Notes: generated by a model from the sequence alone, not told the origin. DNA of 64,000 nt from Octopus sinensis (GCF_006345805.1 NC_042997.1:38564001-38628000), one strand, 5' to 3'. Shown: positions 1 through 12,572, counted from the stretch's first letter. Numbers and translations: made by a program.

Positions 1-698
1 GGTGAAATAAGAGCTTCATTTTCCTATCGGGGAAGAGATGGAACTTCACGGGTGATAAATCTGGTGATTAAGGCGGATATGGAAGCGATACCATGTTGTT
101 TTGGCCGACAGAACTCACGGGTGATGAGAGCTTAGTTACAAAGTGCATTGTCCTCATGAAGAATGTAATTCTTCGCGCTCCATAGATCCAGATGCTTTCG
201 CTGAATATCCTTCCTCAAATGCTTTAAAAAGTCGTAGTAGAACTCTTGATTGACGTTCTGGCATTGCGAGTCGAATTCCCGATGCACAATACCATATTTC
301 TGGAGATGGCGCTCGTCTTCCAGCTCCATCGGTCTTCCAGATCGATCGTCAATTTCCAAAGACGTTCTTCCGCTTTTGAAGCGCCTGTGCCACTCGAAAC
401 ATGGTGTACGATCCATTGCCTCGTGTCCGAACTATGTTCAATAACTCTGTAGCAGTCTTCCCAATTTTAACGCAAAACTTCACGTTCGTTTTTGTTCCTG
501 TCCATTACAAAATCGCAAACTACAACATACACGTGATCACAGAAGAACAAATTTCAGAACTTGTGAAGTAACCACAGCAATGTCACTCGGCACATTGCCT
601 CCTGAAGGTCACTGTTATCTCACATTGCGCACCCAACCGTGTGCTGCCATCTGTTCGCGCGCTAAGAACTAGTCCGGGAACTTCTTGATACCACCTCA
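1..698 (-). mobile_element. Mariner/Tc1 DNA transposon, internally deleted, running off the window start
   Basis: Minus ORF 132-416 contains the mariner HTH motif FEWHRRFKSGRTSLEIDDRSGRP fused to catalytic-domain residues (GIVHREF...VNQEFY...LHEDNA). TIR-like end TGAGGTGGTATCAAGAAGTTCCCGGACT at 671-698 lies next to TA (699-700). Confidence 0.85.
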
Positions 699-1246
699 TA
701 TTTCTGTAGTATGATAATTTCTTCATAATTTGTGTATTACATTTTTTTAAATATACCAGCCATTGCCTCATGCACTCGTTTGCTCATTTTAATTCTAATT
801 GCAATGCCTGGTGAAATGGCTAGTGATTTGCATAATGTAACGCACGAACACTGAATAAATTACCATGCTTTTGAAATATATGTCGTATGTATTGTTCTGT
901 CATTTTCTATTCATTTCCAACTGTCAATTTTCTTTATCACATGACATTATACGCAGCTAATGTTAAGACTGAGATCTTATATATAGTTGGATGATGTTAA
1001 TATGTTTCTGATTGAATAGTCCAAATCACAAAGATCTCTAGTTGATATGGATATTTGATAATTTTAACCATGGAAAGCACTTTACACAGCACAGTATATC
1101 TGTATAAAAGAAGGCGCGGGAGAACCGTTTTGTTATACACTATATGCCACGAAGAAGCGCGCATTGTGATAACGCGTGTTTCCTCACAAAAACAAAGAGC
1201 ACTTAAATATAATGAGTTTTTGCATCCGGTTTGCAAGATTCATCAA

Positions 1247-1467
1247 GGCGACGAGATAGCAGAAACGTTAGCGCGTCGGGCGAAATGCTTAACGGTATTT
1301 CGTCTGCCGCTACGTTCTGAGTTCAAATTCCGCCAAGGTCGACTTTGCCTTTCATCCTTTCGGGGTCGATAAATTAAGTACCAGTTACGCACTGGGGTCG
1401 ATGTAATCGGCTTAATCCATTTGTCTGTCCTCTCTGTGTTTAGCCCCTTGTGGGTAGTAAAGAAATA
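1247..1467 (+). mobile_element. tRNA-derived SINE, family D (other copies 2930-3145 and 38290-38480 on minus)
   Basis: B-box-like GAGTTCAAATTCC; three dispersed copies; 14-bp target-site duplication GGTTTGCAAGATTC at 1228-1241 and 1468-1481. Confidence 0.85.
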
Positions 1468-1997
1468 GGTTTGCAAGATTCTTTATGAGAATTCGTGTGT
1501 TGAAACAAATTTTGTGTCTCGGGACAGTCATTATGCCAATATTACTAACACACGCACCGTGTTAGTGATATTGGTATAATGAGAGCGCATTCGTGACAAT
1601 CGTACTAAATAAGAGTATCTCGGAGTTGTTTGTAAAGCTTATGCCGTACACTCGTCAACTAGGCACGTAATGGATTTCTGTTGAACACAAACAAATTTGG
1701 GTTTTGCGGAAATCCTACCTACAAAGCCTTTCGGGATAAGAAAATATACTTACAAATGTATTGCCATTATTAAGAGTTAATAGGGCATGAGTAGTGATTC
1801 AGTTTTCAGAGTAGAAAACTTATATCTTCTGCTAGAGTCTAGAGATTGATTTCGGAAAAGAAATGAGAGCAATTTCCATAACGTGTGCATTTTATGAGTG
1901 TAATACTTGAGTTTACATGATAATCGTAGTCATGAGCATCGTTTCTTAATGATCGTCGTTAAACTCTGTGTGTATATATATATATATATATATAAAA

Positions 1998-2328
1998 GGG
2001 GTAAAGACCCCCTTCGGTCATGAATGACCATGGGATTGCACCTAGAAAGTTACCTTCCTAGATACAAGTCCGGGCAAGGTTGTTTATGGAAGGCCAGCAG
2101 TCGCCCATGCATACCAGCCTCCCCTCTCCACGCCACCAGTGTTATCCAAGGGAAAGACAAAGGTCGATACAGCACCTGTGACGTCGCAACTCATTTCTAC
2201 AGCTGAGTGAACTGGAGCAACGTGAAATAAAGTGCCTTGCTCGCGAACACAACACGCAGCCCGGTCCGGGATTCGAGCTCACAACCTCACGATCGTAAGC
2301 TCGACGCTCTAACCACTGCGCCATGCGC
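1998..2328 (-). mobile_element. tRNA-derived SINE, family C (copies 20045-20375 minus, partial 41395-41500 plus, 56300-56435 minus)
   Basis: Minus strand begins TGGCGCAGTGGTTAGAGCG (A box) ... GCTCGAATCCC (B box), followed by a conserved body GAGCAAGGCACTTTATTTCACGTTGCTCCAGTTCACTCAGCTG; near-identical second copy at 20045-20375. Confidence 0.85.
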
Positions 2329-2399
2329 ATATATATGCGTATATTCATGTGTGTGTGTGTGTGTGTGTGTGTTTGCATCAACAGTCCCATATTTTCTCA

Positions 2400-2812
2400 C
2401 AGGAGTGGCTGTGTGGTAAGTAGCTTGCTAACCAACCACATGGTTCCGGGTTCAGTCCCACTGCGTGGCATCTTGGGCAAGAGTCTTCTGCTATAGCCTC
2501 GGCCCGACCAAAGCCTTGTGAGTGGATTTGGTAGACGGAAACTGAAAGAAGCCTGTCGTATATATGTGTATATATATATGTATGTGTATGTGTGTGTGTT
2601 CGTGTGTGTGTGTGTTTGTCCCCCTAGCATTGCTTGACAACCGATGCTGGTGTATTTACGTGCCCGTCACTTAGCAGTTCGGCAAAAGAGATCGATAGAA
2701 TAAGTACTGGGCTTACAAAGAATAAGTCCCGGGGTCGATTTGCTCGACTAAAGGCGGTGCTCCAGCATGGCCGCAAGTCAAATGGCTGAAACAAGTAAAA
2801 TAGTAAAATAGT
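2400..2812 (+). mobile_element. Abundant ~400-bp SINE, family A, with internal (TA)n(TG)n and (GAGTAAAA)n tail
   Basis: Head GGAGTGGCTGTGTGGTAAG...GGTTCAGTCCC and CORE-like CTTGGGCAAGTGTCTT; highly similar copies at 5918-6333, 15475-15608, 16212-16610, 34655-35045(-), 36803-36980(-), 38813-39230, 50634-51050, 52468-52828 and 53897-54310. Confidence 0.9.
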
Positions 2813-2929
2813 AAAAATAGTATATCTTCAAGTATAAAAATCATGTAGAATGCATCTATGAAGTTGCTATTATGTATACAATTAATTGTATTTATTATGT
2901 CATTTGTTCTTTCATGCATGTATATCTAT

Positions 2930-3145
2930 TTCTTTATTGCCCACAGGGGGCTAAACATAGTAGAGGAGACAAACAAGGGGATTAAGTCGATTATATCGAC
3001 CTCAGTGATTTACTGGTACTTATTTAATCGACGCCGAAAGGATGAAAGGCAAAGTCGACCTCGGCCGAATTTGAACTCAGAATGTAGCGGCAGACGAATT
3101 ACGGCTGCGCATTTCGCCCGGCGTGCTAACGTTTCTGCCAACTCC
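2930..3145 (-). mobile_element. SINE family D copy
   Basis: Reverse complement of 1247-1467. Confidence 0.8.
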
Positions 3146-3369
3146 AACAGGCACATATGAGTGTTCTATGCACCATAATTATTTTTATGCATACATTTGA
3201 ATATCCGCTCATGTGTACACCCCATGTGTACGGGTATCGTACCTGTTATTTACCACGAGGTTTTGCGCCATTGTATATTTGTGTTTGTGCTTATGGAAAC
3301 ATGCACACTAGTATCCAGGTTTCAACAGCTCGTTTGTGTTTAATTCACGTATATATATATCAAATGTGT

Positions 3370-3668
3370 GGAGGCGCAATGGCCTAGTGGTTAGGGCAGC
3401 GGACTCGCAATCGCAGGATCGCGGTTTCGATTCCCAGACCGGGCGTTGTGTGTGTTTATTGAGCGAAAACACCTAAAAGCTCCACGAGGCTCCGGCTGGG
3501 GGTGGTGATCCCTGCTGTACTCTTTCACCACTCCTTCTCTTTCATCTGTTGGCCTGCTCGCTTAGCCAGCGGGGTGGCGTCATTCGAAGGCTAAAACAAT
3601 GCGAAGCGCATTGTGACCAGCGATGTGTAACAATATCTGATGGTCTGGTCGGTCACGTGATCACGTGA
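3370..3668 (+). mobile_element. tRNA-derived SINE, family B, tail type 1
   Basis: Head GGAGGCGCAATGGCCTAGTGGTTAGGGCAGCGG...GGTTTCGATTCCC shared with 4279-4666; ends in (TCACGTGA)2. Confidence 0.85.
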
Positions 3669-4278
3669 TATATATATGAAATGTATGAGCCTTTGTTATC
3701 CTACTTCCATATGCAAGTATATGAGTGACAGAATGAGTGAGTGTGTGTGTGTGTGTGTGTGCCTCTGGGTGTGCATTTTTTAGCCAGCAGTCTTATTTCA
3801 GTTGTTTGCACGTATATGTGTGTATAGGCGTGTATGTGAATGATGTTGTTTACAAACTGCTTGACGCGGTCACCGACCTGTCCAACCCTAAAACACTCCC
3901 TGTATATTAAAACTGATTATAAATTCCTCCAATTTCTTTTATCATTATGTTCTCGCCACTTCCAGCCTTACCCCTCTCCGTTCTCTCTTCAACTACAATT
4001 TCGCTCTCCAGCAATCTCTACCCGTACGCATGCACAACAACAAATTTACTACTAATTCCTTTTAATATTCCTGTGTTTCCGCACCCATTTCCGAAAACTG
4101 ACGTTGTATGAAACATCAAAAATTCTTCTCTAACGATTTACGTACGAACGTAAGAAATTACAGACTTTACGAAAAAATACAATTTCTGCCTCCATGGACC
4201 ACTAAATGGTCTCGCTGCATTTCGTTGTTTTACCCATCTACGTATGTGTACGTGTGTGTATAGATCTATATGTATGAA

Positions 4279-4666
4279 GGAGGCGCAATGGCCCATTGGT
4301 TAGGGCAGCGGACTCGCGGTCGTAGGATCGCGGTTTCGATTCCCAGACCGGGCGTTGTGAGTGTTTATTGAGCGAAAACACCTAAAAGCTCCACGAGGCT
4401 CCGGCAGGGGATGGTGGTGATCCCTGCTGTACTCTTTCACCACAACTTTCTCTCACTCTTACTTCCTGTTTCTGTTGTACCTGTATTTCAAAGGGCCGGC
4501 CTTGTCACTCTCTGTGTCACGCTGAATATCCCCGAGAACTACGTTAAGGGTACACGTGTCTGTGGAGTGCTCAGCCACTTACACGTTAATTTCACGAGCA
4601 GGCTGTTCCTTTGATTCGGATCAACCGGAACCCTCGTCGTCGTAAACCGACGGAGTGCTTCCATCC
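4279..4666 (+). mobile_element. tRNA-derived SINE, family B, tail type 2
   Basis: Same head as the 3370 copy; 11-bp TSD ATATGTATGAA (4268-4278 and 4667-4677); near-identical minus copy at 50016-50395. Confidence 0.88.
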
Positions 4667-5548
4667 ATATGTATGAACACACACACACATATACGTGTAT
4701 ACACGCATAATAGTGAAGGTCAAGCTAACATGAATATTTATGCGTCATTTAGATAAGCTCGCTATCTTCATGTACTGTCACAAAATTCTGTTAATTATTC
4801 CTTATCAAGGTATTAGGATGGTCAAGATCGCTATGCTATGACAGTCGAACAAAGAGTTGAAACTTTGCTTTCTATCTAATCCTGTTCCTTTCATTTGAGT
4901 TCGTCTGGTTTAGAGTTATACTTTCATTTCCCTCAGATCGGTCAACAATTTACAACTGTAATTAATATGTTACAAATTATTTATTCTCCTCCACATAACA
5001 TTGGTATTATTCTCAGTTGGTCATTATTATGTATAAGTATGAACGATACGTAGCCTCCCACAGAGAGAAAGTAATTGATTTCAATTCCATCGCTAATGCT
5101 TTTGAGGAAAAAACATGGATTTCAGCCCTGTTTCTTAATTCTATAAATGTTTTTCTCTGCTTAATCAAGGGATAAATCGGAGACAAATTGTCGGGGAAAT
5201 GTATAGAAAACCGTATATTAGATATGTACTTTTAAAAATAACTGTTTCCCCAATTGTTTCTTTCGCACGTTCACTTGGCTCAAAGACCGTCTGAGTATAC
5301 GAGAACTGAGCGAAGCTCTATCGTCTACATATATGTTCATGCATTAAAAATTCGTGAGATATATCGGTGTCGTAGATAGTTGCATGCAGCAGACATCGCA
5401 AAGCTTATATTTATAGAAATTGGTAAAATTTCATAGAAAATATAAATTGATTCTATCAGTTGTCGTCGTAGCGTTTTTTTTATCAACAAAAAATTACATC
5501 CACCAGACTACAGATGATTTATACTTGTTTCAAGTTCAGATACATTTG

Positions 5549-5592
<44 letters not shown>

Positions 5593-5607
5593 TTGTGTGT
5601 GTGTGTG

Positions 5608-5744
5608 CAAGAATTTTTTGCGTAATAAGATAAAAAAACCAAGGCTGTGTAGATATTAGAGCATTTATAGATAGACCTTCTATCTATAAATGCTCTAATA
5701 TCTATACAGCCTTGGTTTTTTATCTTATTACGCAAACAATTCTT
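5608..5744. repeat. Near-perfect palindrome (~67-bp arms, 3-nt spacer) next to (GT)n
   Basis: ...AGAGCATTTATAGATAGA-CCT-TCTATCTATAAATGCTCT...; arms extend out to AAGAATT/AATTCTT. Confidence 0.9.
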
Positions 5745-5883
5745 ATATACACACGCTGACATAGAACCAACGCTGAACCCTTTATTCGCAATATTACTGA
5801 ATCTGGAACTTAACTATGGTCTGTCTATAGCACTTATTCAGCATTACCTGACACCTTTGGGTCTCAATGACACCATTATCTTT

Positions 5884-5917
<34 letters not shown>

Positions 5918-6333
5918 GGCGCAGGAGTGGCTGTGTGGTAAGTAGCTTGCTAACCAACCACATGGTTGCGGGTTCAGTCCCACTGCGTGGCACCTTGGGC
6001 AAGTGTCTTCTGCTATAGCCCCGGGCCGACCAATGCCTTGTGAGTGGATTTGGTAGACGGAAACTGAAAGAAGCCTGTCGTATATATGTATATATATATA
6101 TATAAGTGTGTGTGTGTATATGTTTGTGTGTCTGTGTTTGTCCCCCTAGCATTGCTTGACAACCGATGCTGGTGTGTTTACGTCCCCGTCAATTAGCGGT
6201 TCGGCAAAAGAGACCGATAGAATAAGTACTGGGCTTACAAAGAATAAGTCCCGGGGTCGATTTGCTCGACTAAAGGCGGTGCTCCAGCATGGCCGCAGTC
6301 AAGTGACTGAAACAAGTAAAAGAGTAAAAGAGT
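5918..6333 (+). mobile_element. SINE family A copy
   Basis: Full-length match to 2400-2812, inserted in (TA)n. Confidence 0.9.
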
Positions 6334-6596
6334 ATATATATATATATATGCTGTGGCGTAAGACAGATAGTCTCGAGTTGTTTGTGTTTTATTAATTAAT
6401 GAATTATGTAACAGTCATTAATATGCACAATTGCTGTGACTCCACACATTTATATTTTATTGACGCGACGCTGTTTATGCCCTAATAAACCTTAGGTATG
6501 CACGAGCACATATACTGTGATATAAATAGATGATATTTGAACAAAAAAAAATTGTACATAAGACAACAAGCAAAAAATGAAAGATGAAGTTAATCA

Positions 6597-6980
6597 TCTC
6601 TCTCTATATAAACGGCAGTTTGTCTGTGCGTTTTCTGTGTGTCTGTTTTCTCGTACCCTCACTCTGACCACGGCTTTCAACCGATTCTGATGAAACTTGA
6701 CACACACATAGCCCAATGTCATAATTCAAAACTAACGCAGCGAAAATTTTGAAAAGTTCCCCCAGTTCTGAAAAAAATCGATAAATTCGACATGTGGTCG
6801 AGAATCAGAAACCCAAACCACAGACCGTCTAGGGGACGCAACTCCACCTTTTTTAACTCTCAAAAAAAAATTACCATCATTTTTTTTCCATTTTTTTGCT
6901 ATTTTTTGGCTATAACTCTCTAAAAATGCTTTATAGTTATTTCCCTTACAAACCTGAGCAACGCCGGGCGATACTGCTAG
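6597..6980 (+). mobile_element. Non-autonomous Helitron
   Basis: 5' TC start after a host A, 3' CTAG end before a host T, subterminal GC hairpin CCTGAGCAACGCCGGG, and no TSD. Confidence 0.8.
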
Positions 6981-7323
6981 TCTGAAATATTAATTGCTCT
7001 GAAAGAAAATTTTACTATGTAATCTTAAAAGTACATAACTGATTTAATGACGCAGTCTTTTATGTGGCTGAGATACATCATGTACCTTGAAATATGTGGG
7101 ACTTCCAAAATAATCTGCAACCATTTGTCAAGCTTAGAAAGAGCACAAGGTTTTATCGTTTACCAGAACTCCCTAGAATTTAACTTAGGATCGCAGCCAA
7201 TAGCAATATATTTCTTCAGCCAAATTTACCTTAGACAACTGCGACAAGTAATAAATCCCAATTCTAAGCGCCTGAAGTTAAAGGTGAAAGCTTAAAGGAT
7301 TAGAACGCTAGTCTAGTTGTTTT

Positions 7324-10300
7324 CAAATACCTGTAGTGTATATATTTCTTCATATAAAGCCACCGTTTTAGGTTTATCATACAAATACCTGTAGTGTATA
7401 TATTTCTTCATATAAAGCCACCGTTTTAGGTTTATCATACAAATACCTGTAGTGTATATATTTCTTCATATAAAGCCACCGTTTTAGGTTTATCATACAA
7501 ATACCTGTAGTGTATATATTTCTTCATATAAAGTGACCGTTTTAGGTTTATCATACAAATACCTGTAGTGTATATATTTCTTCATATAAAGCCACCGTTT
7601 TAGGTTTATCATACAAATACCTGTAGTGTATATATTTCTCATATAAAGCCACCGTTTTAGGTTTATCATACAATACCTGTAGTGTATATATTTCTTCATA
7701 TAAAGCCACCGTTTTAAGTTTATCATACAAATACCTGTAGTGTATATATTTCTTCATATAAGCCACCGTTTTAGGTTTATCATACAAATACCTGTAGTGT
7801 ATATATTTCTTCATATAAAGCCACCGTTTTAGGTTTATCATACAAATACCTGTAGTGTATATATTTCTTCATATAAAGCCACCGTTTTAGGTTTATCATA
7901 CAAATACCTGTAGTGTATATTTCTTCATATAAAGCCACCGTTTTAGGCTTATCATACAAATACCTGTAGTGTATATATTTCTTCATATAAAGCCACAGTT
8001 TTAGGTTTATCATACAAATACCTGTAGTGTATATATTTCTTCATATAAAGCCACCGTTTTAGGTTTATCATACAAATAGCTGTAGTGTATATATTTCTTC
8101 ATATAAAGCCACCGTTTTAGGTTTATCATACAAATACCTGTAGTGTATATATTTCTTCATATAAAGCCACCGTTTTAGGTTTATCATACAAATACCTGTA
8201 GTGTATATATTTCTTCATATAAAGCCACCGTTTTAGGTTTATCATACAAATACCTGTAGTGTATATATTTCTTCATATAAAGCCACCGTTTTAGGTTTAT
8301 CATACAAATACCTGTAGTGTATATATTTCTTCATATAAAGCCACCGTTTTAGGTTTATCATACAAATACCTGTAGTGTATATATTTCTTCATAAAAGCCA
8401 CCGTTTTAGGTTTATCATACAAATACCTGTAGTGTATATATTTCTTCATAAAAAGCCACCGTTTTAGGTTTATCATACAAATACCTGTAGTGTATATATT
8501 TCTTCATATAAAGCCACCATTTTAGGTTTATCATACAAATACCTGTAGTGTATATATTTCTTCATAAAAAGCCACCGTTTTAGGTTTATCATACAAATAC
8601 CTGTAGTGTATATATTTCTTCATATAAAGCCACCGTTTTAGGTTTATCATACAAATAGCTGTAGTGTATATATTTCTTCATATAAAGCCACCGTTTTAGG
8701 TTTATCATACAAATACCTGTAGTGTATATATTTCTTCATATAAAGCCACCGTTTTAGGTTTATCATACAAATACCTGTAGTGTATATATTTCTTCATATA
8801 AAGCCACCGTTTTAGGTTTATCATACAAATACCTGTAGTGTATATATTTCTTCATATAAAGCCACCGTTTTAGGTTTATCATACAAATACCTGTAGTGTA
8901 TATATTTCTTCATATAAAGCCACCGTTTTAGGCTTATCATACAAATACCTGTAGTGTATATATTTCTTCATATAAAGCCACCGTTTTAGGTTTATCATAC
9001 AAATACCTGTAGTGTATATATTTCTTCATATAAAGCCACCGTTTTAGGTTTATCATACAAATAGCTGTAGTGTATATATTTCTTCATATAAAGCCACCGT
9101 TTTAGGTTTATCATACAAATACCTGTAGTGTATATATTTCTTCATATAAAGCCACCGTTTTAGGTTTATCATACAAATACCTGTAGTGTATATATTTCTT
9201 CATAAAAGCCACCGTTTTAGGTTTATCATACAAATACCTGTAGTGTATATATTTCTTCATATAAAGCCACCGTTTTAGGTTTATCATACAAATACCTGTA
9301 GTGTATATATTTCTTCATATAAAGCCACCGTTTTAGGTTTATCATGCAAATACCTGTAGTGTATATATTTCTTCATATAAAGCCACCATTTTAGGTTATC
9401 ATACAAATACCTGTAGTGTATATATTTCTTCATAAAAAGCCACCGTTTTAGGTTTATCATACAAATACCTGTAGGTATATATTTCTTCATATAAAGCCAC
9501 GTTTTAGGTTTATCATACAAATAGCTGTAGTGTATATATTTCTTCATATAAAGCCACCGTTTTAGGTTTATCATACAAATACCTGTAGGTATATATTTCT
9601 TCATATAAAGCCACCGTTTTAGGTTTATCATACAAATACCTGTAGGTATATATTCTCATATAAAGCCACCGTTTTAGGTTTATCATACAAATACCTGTAG
9701 TGATATATTTCTTCATATAAAGCCACCGTTTTAGGTTTATCATACAAATACCTGTAGTGTATATTTCTTCATATAAAGCCACCGTTTTAGGTTTATCATA
9801 CAAATACTGTAGTGTATATATTTCTTCATATAAGCCACCGTTTTAGGTTTATCATACAATACCTGTAGTGTATATATTTCTTCATATAAAGCCACCGTTT
9901 TAGGTTTATCATACAAATAGCTGTAGTGTAATATTTCTTCATATAAAGCCACCGTTTTAGGTTTATCATACAAATACCTGTAGTGTATATATTTCTTCAT
10001 ATAAAGCCACCGTTTTAGGTTATCATACAAATACCTGTAGTGTATATATTTCTTCATATAAAGCCACCGTTTTAGGTTTATCATACAAATACCTGTAGTG
10101 TATATATTTCTTCATATAAAGCCACCGTTTTAGGTTATCATACAAATACCTGTAGTGTATATATTTCTTCATATAAAGCCACCGTTTTAGGTTTATCATG
10201 CAAATACCTGTAGTGTATATATTTCTTCATATAATGCCACCATTTTAGGTTTATCATACAAATACCTGTAGTGTATTATTTCTTCATATAAAGCCACCGT

Positions 10301-11809
10301 TTTAGGTTTATCATACAAATACCTGTAGTGTATATATTTCTTCATATAAAGCCACCGTTTTAGGCTTATCATACAAATACCTGTAGGTATATATTTCTTC
10401 ATATAAAGCCACAGTTTTAGGTTATCATACAAATACCTGTAGTGTATATATTTCTCTTCATATAAAGCCACCGTTTTAGGTTTATCATACAATACCTGTA
10501 GTGTATATATTTCTTCATATAAGCCACCGTTTTAGGTTATCATACAAATACCTGTAGTGTATATATTTCTTCATATAAAGCCACCGTTTTAGGTTTATCA
10601 TACAAATACCTGTAGTGTATAATTTCTTCATATAAAGCCACCGTTTTCGGTTTATCATACAAATAGCTGTAGTGTATATATTTCTTCATATAAAGCCACC
10701 GTTTTAGGTTTATCATACAAATACCTGTAGTGTATATATTTCTTCATATAAAGCCACCGTTTTAGGTTTATCATACAAATACTGTAGTGTATATATTTCT
10801 TCATATAAAGCCACCGTTTTAGGTTTATCATACAAATACCTGTAGTATGTATATATTTCTTCATATAAAGCCACCGTTTTAGGTTTATCATACAAATACC
10901 TGTAGTGTATATTTCTTCATATAAAGCCACCGTTTTAGGTTTATCATACAAATACCTGTAGTGTATATATTTCTTCATATAAGCCACCGTTTTAGGTTTA
11001 TCATACAAATACCTGTAGGTTATATATTCTTCATATAAGCCACCGTTTTAGGTTTATCATACAAATACCTGTAGTGTATATATTTCTCATATAAAGCCAC
11101 CGTTTTAGGTTTATCATACAAATAGCTGTAGTGTATATATTTCTTCATATAAAGCCACAGTTTTAGGTTTATCATACAAATACCTGTAGTGTATATTTCT
11201 TCATATAAAGCCACCGTTTTAGGTTTATCATACAAATCCTGTAGTGTATATATTTCTTCATATAAAGCCACGTTTTAGGTTTATCATACAAATACCTGTA
11301 GTGTATATATTTCTTCATATAAAGCCACCGTTTTAGGTTTATCATACAAATACCTGTAGTGTATATATTTCTTCATATAAAGCCACCGTTTTAGGTTTAT
11401 CATACAAATACCTGTAGTGTATATATTTCTTCATATAAAGCCACCGTTTTAGGTTTATCATACAAATACCTGTAGTGATATATTTCTTCATATAATGCCA
11501 CCGTTTTAGGTTTATCATACAAATACCTGTAGTGTATATATTTCTTCATAAAGCCACCGTTTTAGGCTTATCATACAAATACCTGTAGTGTATATATTTC
11601 TTCGTATAATGCCACCGTTTTAGGTTTATCATACAAATACCTGTAGTGTATATATTTCTTCATATAAAGCCACCGTTTTAGGTTTATCATACAAATACCT
11701 GTAGTGTATATATTTCTTCATATAAAGCCACCGTTTTAGGTTTATCATACAAATACCTGTAGTGTATATATTTCTTCATATAATGCCACCGTTTTAGGTT
11801 TATCATACA
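7324..11809. repeat. 58-bp tandem satellite, about 77-78 copies
   Basis: Unit CAAATACCTGTAGTGTATATATTTCTTCATATAAAGCCACCGTTTTAGGTTTATCATA starts at 7324, 7382, 7440, etc.; very homogeneous, with no unique spacers. Confidence 0.97.
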
Positions 11810-12184
11810 GATGATAAGCCAAAGAGAGACTTTCTGTGTAGCTGCTTTCCTTATTAGAAATATCAGCTGAATATGCTTCATATCATACAATAACGCCTTA
11901 AAGAAACGAATGACATATTGAATAGTGTAATTAATTATGTGTCCAAAGTAAATACAAATGCTTTTTATAATAGGGCTGTCTGCTCCGTGAAATCTGAGCT
12001 GCGACCAAACAAGCTTCAATCATCCACAGAGAAATCATTTTCGATCACTAATTGGATATCTTCCTGATGGGGCCAGAGTATAAAGGTGGGTGTCAACAAC
12101 ATATATAGGCATAGTGTTGGTTTTAGTGAGAATTTAGCTTTAGGGAGGATAGAAAAATATTAGACTTATAAGTCACTCCATTAT

Positions 12185-12258
12185 TGCCCACGTAGTGGTC
12201 AAGAGCGCGGGCTACTAATCCCAAGATTCCGAGTTCGATTCCAAGCAGTGACCTGAAC

Positions 12259-12329
<71 letters not shown>

Positions 12330-12572
12330 AGATGATGATGATGATGATCATAATAACAACAACAACAACAATAATAATAATAATAATAATAATAATGATA
12401 ATAATAATAATAAAAATAATAATAACAACATCGAAAAATACATTATGAATGTGAACTCAGGTTCGAAATTTCCCCAACACACCTGATGAGAGCTGGAGGG
12501 TATATCAGCCGAAACGTTGTGTTAATAACTAACAAGATGAGGACAAATATCCATCAAATGTAAATAATGTAA
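12185..12572 (+). mobile_element. tRNA(Ser)-like-headed SINE, family E, with internal (AAT)n and a hammerhead-bearing 3' part
   Basis: Head TAGTGGTCAAGAGCGCGGGCTACTAATCCC...GAGTTCGATTCC; (AAT)n at 12260-12428; second interrupted copy on minus at 19960-20030 plus 18545-18590. Confidence 0.75.
12479..12522 (+). ncRNA. Minimal type I hammerhead ribozyme motif
   Basis: ACAC-CTGATGA-G(A)GCTG...CAGCC-GAAA-CG-TT-GTGT: stem I ACAC/GTGT, stem II, palindromic minimal stem III AACGTT, predicted GUU cleavage after 12518. Confidence 0.8.

Noticed and set aside
7230-7271. 42-nt minus-strand micro-exon (TTTCACCTTTAACTTCAG acceptor, AAG|GTAAAT donor)
   Set aside because: The splice signals are plausible, but there is no recognisable peptide or partner exons, so it cannot be supported without RNA data.
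7324-11809. CRISPR array or repetitive protein-coding gene (many MINLKRWLYMKKY ORFs)
   Set aside because: The units are contiguous with no unique spacers and no cas genes; 58 is not a multiple of 3, and the ORFs arise from indels in the satellite.
12185-12260. Functional tRNA genes at SINE heads (also 2255-2328, 3370-3445, 4279-4350)
   Set aside because: They lack a proper acceptor stem and continue into repeated SINE bodies, some with TSDs.
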